This document shows, piece by piece, positions 49,440 through 57,315 of a stretch of DNA of 64,000 nucleotides. Position 1 is the first letter of the stretch. Every line of letters begins with the position of its first letter. Below the pieces are notes generated by a model. The model was not told where the DNA came from. It did no database searches and was given only the letters and a program-made list of their open reading frames with translations. Made by a program: the position numbers and the translations under genes. This DNA is from an uncultured virus (IMG/VR IMGVR_UViG_3300020196_000019) (taxonomy: Duplodnaviria; Heunggongvirae; Uroviricota; Caudoviricetes): the IMG/VR virus record IMGVR_UViG_3300020196_000019; one strand, 5' to 3'.

Positions 49440-49839
49440 AACTAGCTCTTAGCTGGATTTGCTACCATCTTGGCAACCTTTGGAGCCTAACTTTTCTTCA
49501 GCTTGGCCTTGGCTACCGGGTCTACAATCGTCTTATGATGTGGTCTTCAGATTTGGATACCCGTCAGAAGATTTGGAAAAACGTTTAGCGTCTTTATAGC
49601 GTCTTTAATAAGAGCCACGGCTATTTAAGAAAAAAGCCGATCCCTAAAATAAAATTTTTTTTTATTGTATGGGAGTCAACAATTCGCGTATGCGGGCGCG
49701 GGTGGGGGGTGGAGGGGTCGTAGGCCACAGAAAGAGGCAGGGGTGGCCGTTAAGGGCTACGCCCTTAAAACTTCGATTTGTCGTACAATAGGCATTATAT
49801 CAACTACGTTGATATAATCTTGATGGACAACGCCTTCGT

Positions 49840-50373
49840 TTAACCTGCTTTAGCAGGGTTAAACGGCAGATCGATCAGCGGTTTGGGCGGATTTGAAATC
49901 GTATCCGATTTCAAATTGGGAGTCGATGCCAGAAAAGCTACATTGATGATTGGCCTATTGTCAGTTCTACCCTGTTGATTCTCAAGACCATAGACTGACT
50001 TTGCAACATTGTGAACTTTATTGAGGGCATTGAAAGTTGTATCTACTTCATTTACAGAGACCATTGAAGATTGTTCTATTGCATTGATTCCACGATCAAC
50101 CTGTTTCTGCACCCTTTCCAGATAGCGTTTCTGTAAATTAGCAACAGAATCCTCTACAATGGATTGCTGAATTGCAATAGCTCTCTCTGCTGTTTCTCCG
50201 TGAACTTGTTCCCGTTCCTTGTCCCATTTACCCCGAAACACCCAACTACATATTGTGCCATAGGAGATATTATACTTCTTAGCTAAGTCCTTGTTAGTCA
50301 GTCTTGTAGTCAGATATGCAATCTTAACTTGCTCTTTTACATTCTGCCCAACCCTCACTCTCTTCTCACTCAT
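49840..50373 (-). CDS. Putative terminase small subunit
   Basis: N-terminal HTH (LTNKDLAKKYNISYGTICSWVFRGKW), helical core, YGL...IINV tail. Confidence 0.6.
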   Translation of the reverse strand: MSEKRVRVGQNVKEQVKIAYLTTRLTNKDLAKKYNISYGTICSWVFRGKWDKEREQVHGETAERAIAIQQSIVEDSVANLQKRYLERVQKQVDRGINAIEQSSMVSVNEVDTTFNALNKVHNVAKSVYGLENQQGRTDNRPIINVAFLASTPNLKSDTISNPPKPLIDLPFNPAKAG

Positions 50374-50379
50374 AGGGCT

Positions 50380-50408
50380 ACTCTAACAATTACTTACAGA
50401 TATTGCAA
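50380..50408 (-). promoter_or_regulatory. Sigma70-like leaderless promoter of the terS-like gene
   Basis: TTGCAA-N17-TAGAGT-N6-ATG. Confidence 0.55.
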
Positions 50409-50452
50409 CATCAGACCGAGCGTGTGCGTATGGAGGAATGGTTTCGCCGTCC

Positions 50453-50508
50453 CACCCTTTAGGGTGTCACGCAAAGTTCGTTTAACCGCAACCTAGGAGG
50501 CAACGATG
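50453..50508 (+). repeat. Early element copy 1 (hairpin-TGTCACG-N12-AACCGCAACCTAG-RBS)
   Basis: CACCCT-TT-AGGGTG tcacg caaagttcgttt AACCGCAACCTAGGAGG caacg ATG. Confidence 0.9.
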
Positions 50509-50572
50509 ACCAACGGCAAGTCGCCATCAGCAACTAGCCAGAGGGCATCCCAACCCAGAAAGAATCAAATCT

Positions 50573-50674
50573 ATGACAACCTATGAAACTGACTTCAATG
50601 ATCTCTGTGAATTGTTCGGAGTTTCCTTCGAGGAGAAGGAGATCGTGGCGATCAACCCTCCGTATTCTGAGTAA
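50573..50674 (+). CDS. Small hypothetical protein (33 aa)
   Basis: MTTYETDFNDLCELFGVSFEEKEIVAINPPYSE, below the track cutoff. Confidence 0.4.
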   Translation: MTTYETDFNDLCELFGVSFEEKEIVAINPPYSE

Positions 50675-50714
50675 TCAGTAGACCACAACTGATTATTTAC
50701 TAGGAAAACTTAAA

Positions 50715-50737
50715 CTCCCCCTCGGGGGAAAAGGAGA
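50715..50737 (+). repeat. RBS-hairpin repeat copy A
   Basis: CTCCCCCTCGGGGGAAAAGGAGA. Confidence 0.9.
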
Positions 50738-50745
50738 ACACGACT

Positions 50746-50976
50746 ATGAGTAAGAAGCACTTCGAGAAGATTGCTTGTGTATTGGCAAATAACTCTGACC
50801 AGAAGGCCAGAGAATCCTTAACGAAAGATATGATTGCATTCCTTGGAACCACCAACCCTCGCTTCAACCCCTTCCGTTTCATCGAAGCTGTAGAGACGCT
50901 GGCGAAGGGTCAGAGACCGAGCGGTTTTTCCAAGGCGACCTTCGACCACTACTTCGTAGTGTCACGAGCCGTTTAA
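50746..50976 (+). CDS. Early hypothetical protein
   Basis: MSKKHFEKIA...NPRFNPFRF; strong RBS. Confidence 0.7.
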   Translation: MSKKHFEKIACVLANNSDQKARESLTKDMIAFLGTTNPRFNPFRFIEAVETLAKGQRPSGFSKATFDHYFVVSRAV

Positions 50977-50991
50977 CCAACCGCAACCTAG
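50947..50991 (+). repeat. Early element copy 2
   Basis: CACTAC-TTC-GTAGTG tcacg N12 AACCGCAACCTAG; no immediate RBS. Confidence 0.9.
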
Positions 50992-51017
50992 AAAGCGAAC
51001 CGACAACCGAAACCAAC

Positions 51018-51040
51018 CTCCCCCTCGGGGGAAAAGGAGA
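51018..51040 (+). repeat. RBS-hairpin repeat copy B
   Basis: CTCCCCCTCGGGGGAAAAGGAGA. Confidence 0.9.
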
Positions 51041-51046
51041 CTGAAA

Positions 51047-51331
51047 ATGCTAATCACAAATCCAGTATTGCGTATGGCGAAACTCGAAGCCTTAGAAGCG
51101 AGACTCTGTATGCCGTCCAAAGGCTCCGTGCCTAGCTGGCTCGGGGACTCTGACCTACGCAACAGGGAGAAGAGGCTTGCCCATAGCCAAGCCGTCTCTG
51201 ATCGTCAGAGAATCGAAGGAGCTTGCGTCCTTGCCTTGCAAGGCAAACGGCTGAAGGAATGTGCCTCTGCCTACCGCTTGCAGGATAAGAAGACCATCAA
51301 AGTCGCCTTCCACTACAAACCCAAACAATAA
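51047..51331 (+). CDS. Early hypothetical protein
   Basis: 94 aa, strong RBS. Confidence 0.65.
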   Translation: MLITNPVLRMAKLEALEARLCMPSKGSVPSWLGDSDLRNREKRLAHSQAVSDRQRIEGACVLALQGKRLKECASAYRLQDKKTIKVAFHYKPKQ

Positions 51332-51336
51332 CCAAC

Positions 51337-51359
51337 CTCCCCCTCGGGGGAAAAGGAGA
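51337..51359 (+). repeat. RBS-hairpin repeat copy C
   Basis: CTCCCCCTCGGGGGAAAAGGAGA. Confidence 0.9.
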
Positions 51360-51369
51360 ACACACCTAT

Positions 51370-51477
51370 ATGACACCAGAACTATATCAAACCCTCGATG
51401 CAACCCTTCGCTACGGATTCCCCGCCTTCGTCACTCTGTTAGTGGCGTATGCGTGGTGGAGTTCACGGCGAAAATAA
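51370..51477 (+). CDS. Small single-TM protein (35 aa)
   Basis: MTPELYQTLDATLRYGFPAFVTLLVAYAWWSSRRK after the RBS repeat. Confidence 0.6.
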   Translation: MTPELYQTLDATLRYGFPAFVTLLVAYAWWSSRRK

Positions 51478-51481
51478 CCCC

Positions 51482-51537
51482 CACTCTTTAGAGTGTCACG
51501 CAAATCGAGTTTAACCGCAACCTAGGAGGCAACTATG
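51482..51537 (+). repeat. Early element copy 3
   Basis: CACTCT-TT-AGAGTG tcacg N12 AACCGCAACCTAGGAGG. Confidence 0.9.
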
Positions 51538-52134
51538 CAAACCAAAACCCGAGAACAATGGCTACAAAAGGCAGTCTCCGTCATTGGAGATCGCCTATTC
51601 ACCCCGAAAAACTTACCCCTACCCGAGAAAGTCCGAGTCAGCGTAGGGTGGCCAGGAGGTCGTGCGGACAAGAGTAAGGCAGTCGGCCAGCATTGGAAAC
51701 CTACTGCCTCGAGTGACCAGCATCACGAGATATTTATATCTCCCAAGATTGCTGACAACTCAGAGGAGATTCTAAGCACCCTTGTCCACGAGCTTGTCCA
51801 CGCTCAGTTGTATGCTGAGTATCCTACAGAGGGACACGGAAGACATTTCCGTAGGGTAGCAGAGGCAGTTGGCCTTGTCGGAGACCCAACCTCCGCAGGG
51901 GCATCACCCGAGCTACGCTCAGGACTATTCAAGGAGTTCCTTGCCCTCGAGGGGAATTGTCCCTCGGGTAGCATCGATTACTCCACCCGTAAGAAGGATG
52001 GAACCAGACTGATTAAGGCTGAGTGCAACGCTTGTGGATACGTCATCCGCACGTCCCGCAAGTGGATAGAAGACATTGGACTCCCCATCTGCAAGTGCGG
52101 AGGAGAGTTCCACGAACCCGAGAAGGGCGAATGA
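51535..52134 (+). CDS. SprT-like zinc metallopeptidase with C-terminal Zn ribbon
   Basis: HELVH, GHGRHF, CNAC...CKC. Confidence 0.75.
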   Translation: MQTKTREQWLQKAVSVIGDRLFTPKNLPLPEKVRVSVGWPGGRADKSKAVGQHWKPTASSDQHHEIFISPKIADNSEEILSTLVHELVHAQLYAEYPTEGHGRHFRRVAEAVGLVGDPTSAGASPELRSGLFKEFLALEGNCPSGSIDYSTRKKDGTRLIKAECNACGYVIRTSRKWIEDIGLPICKCGGEFHEPEKGE

Positions 52135-52202
52135 CCCACCACTACTTCGTAGTGTCACGAAAAGTTTGTTTAACCGCAACCTAGGAGGCAACGATGAACA
52201 CC
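52131..52202 (+). repeat. Early element copy 4 (72-bp exact repeat)
   Basis: Identical to 52412-52483. Confidence 0.95.
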
Positions 52203-52412
52203 ACCGAACGAAAACAATTCGAGGCAGACCTCTTCCACACTTGGCAGAGGCGAGCCACTACCGCAGAAGCCGAGAACATCCGACTAAGGAAGATCATCCA
52301 GAACATCGCCCCAATCTTCAGCCAGAGGCTTGAGGAGGTGCTTGCCAGCCTTGAGCGGGACGAACGGCGACAGGCTAACCCGCATTGGACTGACAAATAC
52401 CATAGGCCGTGA
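52194..52412 (+). CDS. Early hypothetical protein flanked by 72-bp direct repeats
   Basis: 72 aa, AGGAGG RBS. Confidence 0.7.
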   Translation: MNTTERKQFEADLFHTWQRRATTAEAENIRLRKIIQNIAPIFSQRLEEVLASLERDERRQANPHWTDKYHRP

Positions 52413-52483
52413 TGACCCACCACTACTTCGTAGTGTCACGAAAAGTTTGTTTAACCGCAACCTAGGAGGCAACGATGAACACC
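52412..52483 (+). repeat. Early element copy 5 (72-bp exact repeat)
   Basis: Identical to 52131-52202. Confidence 0.95.
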
Positions 52484-53584
52484 TACAACCTAACCCACAA
52501 CCAACTGAGAGCGGAGTGTGCAAAGCGACTGATCGGTTCGCCCAAGTGGCGAGCCAACGCATCGCCTACAGAGCTACGCACCGCTCTCTTGAAAGCCGAT
52601 TCCGCCAAGGGTGATTACTCACCCGCAACGGAGCAACCCCAACCCCAACCCAAGGAGACCACTACTATGCCCGAAGCATCGAAGCCCGAGGCCGTTCCGC
52701 CTTCCACGGATGCCCTCGCCAACACGCTCTTGCAAGTGCTACTGCCTCACTTGCCCCAGCAAGGAGTTCAAGAGGCACGTGTTCGTCAGATCGTCAGCGA
52801 GATCATCGAGACCAGACTTCCCAAGGAAGTTAAGGTCAAGCTCCCCGACGGCACAGAGAACAAGGTGGGAGTTGTCCACGAAGCGTTTAACCGCATCCTC
52901 CAAGCCGTCTCTGCCGACATTAGCGGTGGCATTCTGCTAGTGGGCGGAGCGGGGAGTGGCAAGACCACTACCTGCCACAAGGTAGCGGAGGCTCTTGGCC
53001 TACCCTTCCGCACCATCAGCGTGTGTAAGCAGACTACGCTCTCCCATCTGATGGGATTCATTAACGTGAGTGGGGAGTATGTCACTACCCCCTTCCGTGA
53101 AGCCTATGAGAAAGGTGGCGTGTTCCTCCTCGATGAGTTCGATGCGGGCAACGAGAACGTAGTTCTCTCGCTCAACTCGGCTCTCGCCAACGGAATATGT
53201 GAATTCCCCGACAAGCAAGTTCAACGCAACCCCAACTTCCGTTGTATCGCTTCGGCCAACACCTACGGCACAGGGGCGACCCTCGCCTTCGTAGGTAGGA
53301 ACAAGCTCGATGGTGCTACCCTCGACCGCTTCGTTGTCATCGAACACGACTACGACACGAAGCTCGAGTATGCTCTCTGTGGCAATCAGACTTGGGCGGA
53401 CAGGGTTATGTCCATCCGCAGGGCTATCGACAAGCTCAACATCCGTCACATCGTCAGTCCCCGAGCGTCCATCAACGGAGCCAAGCTCCTTGCCCTCGGA
53501 TGGAAGCAGAGCGAGGTGGAGCAAGCGTGTGTATGGAAGGGCTTAGATAAGAGCGAGGTGCAGAGAGTCCTCGCCACCCTCTAA
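52475..53584 (+). CDS. MoxR/CbbQ-like AAA+ ATPase
   Basis: GGAGSGKT, LLDEFD, ASANTYG, LDGATLDRF, VSPRA. Confidence 0.85.
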   Translation: MNTYNLTHNQLRAECAKRLIGSPKWRANASPTELRTALLKADSAKGDYSPATEQPQPQPKETTTMPEASKPEAVPPSTDALANTLLQVLLPHLPQQGVQEARVRQIVSEIIETRLPKEVKVKLPDGTENKVGVVHEAFNRILQAVSADISGGILLVGGAGSGKTTTCHKVAEALGLPFRTISVCKQTTLSHLMGFINVSGEYVTTPFREAYEKGGVFLLDEFDAGNENVVLSLNSALANGICEFPDKQVQRNPNFRCIASANTYGTGATLAFVGRNKLDGATLDRFVVIEHDYDTKLEYALCGNQTWADRVMSIRRAIDKLNIRHIVSPRASINGAKLLALGWKQSEVEQACVWKGLDKSEVQRVLATL

Positions 53585-53634
53585 AGAGGGTGTCACGTAA
53601 ACCCAAAGCAACCGCAACCTAGGAGACAACGATG
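53575..53634 (+). repeat. Early element copy 6
   Basis: CACCCTCT-AA-AGAGGGTG tcacg N12 AACCGCAACCTAGGAG; hairpin contains the ATPase stop codon. Confidence 0.9.
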
Positions 53635-54516
53635 AGCAAACGTTCAAATGCAACCAATGACGGAAGTGCAGGAAAGGTGTATCCACTCACCTACCAGCGG
53701 TTCCTCGAGATCGCTACCGACCCCGACCCTGCGAACAAGTGCAGATACCCGCATTCAATTACTCAGAATGCGACCAGCAAAAGCTGGGCGGACGGCACAA
53801 GCTATGAGCAGAGCATCACCCGCCTACGCCAAGGTTGGCCAGAGGGTGTAGCCAAGGCTCGGGAGTTGGCCTCCAAGCTCGAGAGCCGTTTAACCGCTGA
53901 GTATAGCTTCGCAACCGATACAAAGTGGGATGTGACGGGCGACTACTTCGACATTGGGCGAGTTCTCGAGGGAGAACCCGACTGCTGGGCGAGCGACATA
54001 GAATTGGACGACCAGTTCTCTAACGATAAGAAGGGCAAGATCGTGAGGGTATTGGTGAACGTAGCCGTCTCCGCTCACTACAATGCGGACATTCTCCTCG
54101 AGCGTGGCGTGTATGCCCTCGCCATCGTGGACTTGCTTGAGCGGATGGGCAAGAGCGTGGAGCTAGTTGCCAGTTGCAAGCTCGAGTATAACGGCAAGCG
54201 GTGGGCTTGGGAGTTGCCTTTGAAGCAAGCTGGCGAGGAGCTATCGATGGACAGAGTAGCCTTTATTGTCGGTTCCCCCGCTGGCTTTCGTAGGAGTTGG
54301 TTCCGAGTCATCACCCACACCGACTACCCCGACAGCGGAATGAGTTTGGGTATGCCCACCGATTGGACAGAGGAGGAGCTACGCAAGAGAGAGGTGGACA
54401 TCTACGTCGGAGCGTTGATGAGCGGACGCACACCTTGGCAGGGCAAGACTGATCTAGGGTTTATCATCAAGCAACTCGAGACAGCGGGCATCAAAGTCTC
54501 GAAGGAAGCGGTTTGA
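53632..54516 (+). CDS. VWA-like partner of the AAA ATPase
   Basis: Follows the MoxR-like ATPase; GDYFDIGRVLEGEPDC and VRVLVNVAVS...VDLLE..G patterns. Confidence 0.55.
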   Translation: MSKRSNATNDGSAGKVYPLTYQRFLEIATDPDPANKCRYPHSITQNATSKSWADGTSYEQSITRLRQGWPEGVAKARELASKLESRLTAEYSFATDTKWDVTGDYFDIGRVLEGEPDCWASDIELDDQFSNDKKGKIVRVLVNVAVSAHYNADILLERGVYALAIVDLLERMGKSVELVASCKLEYNGKRWAWELPLKQAGEELSMDRVAFIVGSPAGFRRSWFRVITHTDYPDSGMSLGMPTDWTEEELRKREVDIYVGALMSGRTPWQGKTDLGFIIKQLETAGIKVSKEAV

Positions 54517-54532
54517 GGTTAGGTTAAGGGTG

Positions 54533-54567
54533 CTGATGTCATAGGGTTCGATTCCCTATGGCATCGG
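54533..54567 (+). other. Hairpin with tRNA T-loop (TTCGATT)
   Basis: GATGTCATAGGG-TTCGATT-CCCTATGGCATC. Confidence 0.75.
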
Positions 54568-54571
54568 TTAA

Positions 54572-54599
54572 ACGAAACACGAAACACGAAACACGAAAC
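54572..54599 (+). repeat. Tandem heptamer (ACGAAAC)x4
   Basis: Read directly. Confidence 0.9.
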
Positions 54600-54614
54600 A
54601 TTAACGGAGGTACA

Positions 54615-54803
54615 ATGAAACACGTTCGCTACTACAACCTACGAGAATTACAGGACATCGCAGAGAGCGAGGGCTTTTCACTTACGGAAGCTCCCAAGGA
54701 AAAGAAAATCTTTATTTCTAAGGAGGAAGATACGGATGACTTCGGTTATTTCGAGCAAGTGTCAAAGGACAAGTACATCTTCAAACTTTTTTGGGTTGGA
54801 TAA
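54615..54803 (+). CDS. Early hypothetical protein, paralog of 56900-57076
   Basis: GGAGG RBS before ATG 54615. Confidence 0.65.
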   Translation: MKHVRYYNLRELQDIAESEGFSLTEAPKEKKIFISKEEDTDDFGYFEQVSKDKYIFKLFWVG

Positions 54804-54824
54804 AAACAAAGGAGAATAACTACA

Positions 54825-55121
54825 ATGTCATCCCCCTATTCCATCTGCAAAGCAGACCGCATCCACCGCAAAATCCTCGTGCTGACCCGCCTTGCCCGCA
54901 GGTTCTACGAGGAGAACGAAACCGATAAACTCTGCGAAATCCTCAGCGATGCCTTGGACACCACTCTTCGGAACATCGAAGCCGTCGTGGACGCACATTG
55001 CGAGCATACGCTCTTGACTGCCCTCCTTCGCAATCCGTACACGGCGAGCTTTTACGACGTGGACGAACTCTGTTGTCTTCTTAACGTCCCAAACTCGAAG
55101 TCCCAAACCACTACTTCGTAG
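54825..55121 (+). CDS. Early hypothetical protein
   Basis: AAGGAG RBS. Confidence 0.65.
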   Translation: MSSPYSICKADRIHRKILVLTRLARRFYEENETDKLCEILSDALDTTLRNIEAVVDAHCEHTLLTALLRNPYTASFYDVDELCCLLNVPNSKSQTTTS

Positions 55122-55164
55122 TGTCACGCAAACAAACTTCAACCGCAACCTAGAGGGCACAATG
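55109..55164 (+). repeat. Early element copy 7
   Basis: CACTAC-TTC-GTAGTG tcacg N12 AACCGCAACCTAGAGGG. Confidence 0.9.
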
Positions 55165-55413
55165 ACAACCGACAAACACAATCCCACCTTTACGATGGAC
55201 AACATCAACCAGTACATCGACAGCCGTGTGGAGCAACTGCAAATGTACATCTCCGACTTCCAACAACAATCCCTGCGAGCGAAGGGCGAACACTTTCGTA
55301 ATCTTTGCTCGATGATCGGAGACTACAACGGACGGAAGATGGAGCTTATTACCTTGCAATCCAACTTTCGCCTCGGAGTATACAACCCCTTCAAAGCACC
55401 ACCGAAACACTAA
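55162..55413 (+). CDS. Early hypothetical protein
   Basis: 83 aa after the element. Confidence 0.65.
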   Translation: MTTDKHNPTFTMDNINQYIDSRVEQLQMYISDFQQQSLRAKGEHFRNLCSMIGDYNGRKMELITLQSNFRLGVYNPFKAPPKH

Positions 55414-55432
55414 CCAAAAGGAACGAAACACT

Positions 55433-55840
55433 ATGAAACGAACCCGAACCATTGAAATCGAAGACACGCTACCAGAGCGGGTAGAACAAGCCATCGAAGC
55501 GGTTAAACAGGAGCTTCTCAATTACCTTGAGGAGAATCCCAACCAACGCAGAACGCCGTGCATCAGCAACACCTTGGACTACAGCGGAACCATCCACGAA
55601 ATCATTGATAGTGCCGTGCCCATCTACACCCGAGAGATCAACGACACTTGGTATCTGCACGGAAGCGAACTCGAGGAAGCCTACGAAAACGCTGGCCTCG
55701 GGCACAACCCTCGGGAAAACAACGGAATGGTAGCCATCTACTGCTTCATCTCCGACAGGGTACATAATTGGTACAATAACAATGCGAGCGACATCTTCAA
55801 CGAATGGAAGGAGAAGCAAGATGAAAAAGAAACTGATTAA
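55433..55840 (+). CDS. Early hypothetical acidic protein
   Basis: 135 aa; HEIIDSAVPIYT motif. Confidence 0.65.
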   Translation: MKRTRTIEIEDTLPERVEQAIEAVKQELLNYLEENPNQRRTPCISNTLDYSGTIHEIIDSAVPIYTREINDTWYLHGSELEEAYENAGLGHNPRENNGMVAIYCFISDRVHNWYNNNASDIFNEWKEKQDEKETD

Positions 55841-56027
55841 CTATATGCTTGACGTTGCCTTCACCATCGAAACGCCCATCTCGAATTGGTACGACATTCC
55901 CGCCATCGACCTTGTGGATGCCTTGCAACGCAGGGTGGACTACCTGCGAGAGAATCTTGATGAGGCGGGGGATGCCTTTGGACTTTGCGATAGCTACGAA
56001 ATCGAAACGGAGGAAACAACCAAATGA
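55821..56027 (+). CDS. Early hypothetical protein
   Basis: AGGAG RBS before ATG 55821. Confidence 0.6.
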   Translation: MKKKLINYMLDVAFTIETPISNWYDIPAIDLVDALQRRVDYLRENLDEAGDAFGLCDSYEIETEETTK

Positions 56028-56206
56028 AGAAATACAGAATCGAAGCAACCGCCGTCACCACCTACGAGCTTATCGTAGAGGCAGACAGCAAAGAAGAAGC
56101 CATCAAGAAAACTCTGAACGGAGAACACGCCGATTGTTGGGAAGCCATAGACGAAAGTTCTTTCGACTATGACAAGGCTTCCGTAGAGGAGTTGTCCGAA
56201 GAATGA
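56024..56206 (+). CDS. DpnD/PcfM-like small protein
   Basis: MKKYRIE...VEADSKEEA. Confidence 0.55.
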   Translation: MKKYRIEATAVTTYELIVEADSKEEAIKKTLNGEHADCWEAIDESSFDYDKASVEELSEE

Positions 56207-56523
56207 AGAAGCAATACACCCTGCTGAACGGAGAACAACAAAACTCCGAACACCCATCCTTCCATATCCCAACCTTGAAAGAGCGGTTAAACGTCAAGCC
56301 AGACACCTACGTAAAACTTTGCTTTCGCATACTGAATCCCAAGAAGGACAAGCCTTCGGGAGAACGTATGTGGGTGAAGGTACTCTCAACGACCCCCATT
56401 GGAGGGGAGTACGAGGGAGCCTTGGCAAACCAACCCTTCTTTGCGAAGGGCATCAAGTTCGGTAGCAGGGTTCAATTTTCTGCGAAACATATCATCGACA
56501 TTCAACCCCCCGAGGAGGAATAA
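56203..56523 (+). CDS. DUF2314-like protein
   Basis: GERMWVKV...YEGALANQP...G..V.F...HIID. Confidence 0.55.
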   Translation: MKKQYTLLNGEQQNSEHPSFHIPTLKERLNVKPDTYVKLCFRILNPKKDKPSGERMWVKVLSTTPIGGEYEGALANQPFFAKGIKFGSRVQFSAKHIIDIQPPEEE

Positions 56524-56527
56524 CAAC

Positions 56528-56674
56528 GTGAACACGGACAAAAACTTTCTCGAACATCTTTGGGAGAAGCGGGTGCAAGAACTCGAAGCGGAGGGATGCA
56601 CCACCTCTGACGCACAGAGCATAGCAGATGCAGAGATGGAAAAGAATGCAACTTGGGGATGGGCAAAGGAATGA
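56528..56674 (+). CDS. Small hypothetical protein
   Basis: GAGGAGG RBS, GTG start; ELEAEGCTTSDAQ motif. Confidence 0.55.
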   Translation: MNTDKNFLEHLWEKRVQELEAEGCTTSDAQSIADAEMEKNATWGWAKE

Positions 56675-56898
56675 ACGGCATCACAGAAGAACGCTTGCTG
56701 GGCATCCTTGAGTACGTGAAGGACAACGAAGCCCTTCCAGAACTCTCCACCCACGAAGACGAACAACTTGTCGGGCGAAACAAACTAGTTTGGGACTACG
56801 AAGTGTGGAGCCGTGGGTACTGGCTCACCGACAAGGGCGTGGATTGGATGACCAGCCTACGCAACGCAAACATTCAACCTGAAAACGTGGAGAACTAA
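56671..56898 (+). CDS. Early hypothetical protein
   Basis: ATGA overlap; YWLTDKG winged-helix-like tail. Confidence 0.55.
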   Translation: MNGITEERLLGILEYVKDNEALPELSTHEDEQLVGRNKLVWDYEVWSRGYWLTDKGVDWMTSLRNANIQPENVEN

Positions 56899-56899
56899 A

Positions 56900-57076
56900 A
56901 TGTATACACTTGAACAAATTAGCCAGCTTGCCGAGGAGTGGGGATGGAAGACCACTAGATGTTTAAACGACTTCGAGGATGCCGTGCTTATCAGCACCCA
57001 TCGTCACGAGGACTACTTCGGGCAATTCGACAAACAGGAGGACGGAAGATTCAACTTTCGTTTCAAGCAACTATGA
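56900..57076 (+). CDS. Early hypothetical protein (58 aa), paralog of 54615-54803
   Basis: MYTLEQISQLAEEWGW...DYFGQFD; below the track cutoff; GGAG RBS. Confidence 0.6.
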   Translation: MYTLEQISQLAEEWGWKTTRCLNDFEDAVLISTHRHEDYFGQFDKQEDGRFNFRFKQL

Positions 57077-57309
57077 GCCTACCAATTATTACGCAAGGAA
57101 ATGTACGCACAAGTGACGGACAACTTCACTACCTGCTCAGCCGTCAGAAGCCTATGGGCTTTGCCCTCACGGAAGAGCGGGTAGGCAAGGCTGACCGCTT
57201 TGTGATTCGGGGAACCGACTTTTCCGATTCCGAGCAGTTTACCATTTGCGAACTATATGCAGGTGAGGAACTTGTGCCCATACACTCGGAGAAAATACAG
57301 GGCTACTAG
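57073..57309 (+). CDS. Early hypothetical protein
   Basis: ATGA overlap. Confidence 0.55.
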   Translation: MSLPIITQGNVRTSDGQLHYLLSRQKPMGFALTEERVGKADRFVIRGTDFSDSEQFTICELYAGEELVPIHSEKIQGY

Positions 57310-57315
57310 CCGACC

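Noticed and set aside
54533..54567. tRNA gene
   Set aside because: Only a T-loop hairpin; no D arm, anticodon arm or CCA
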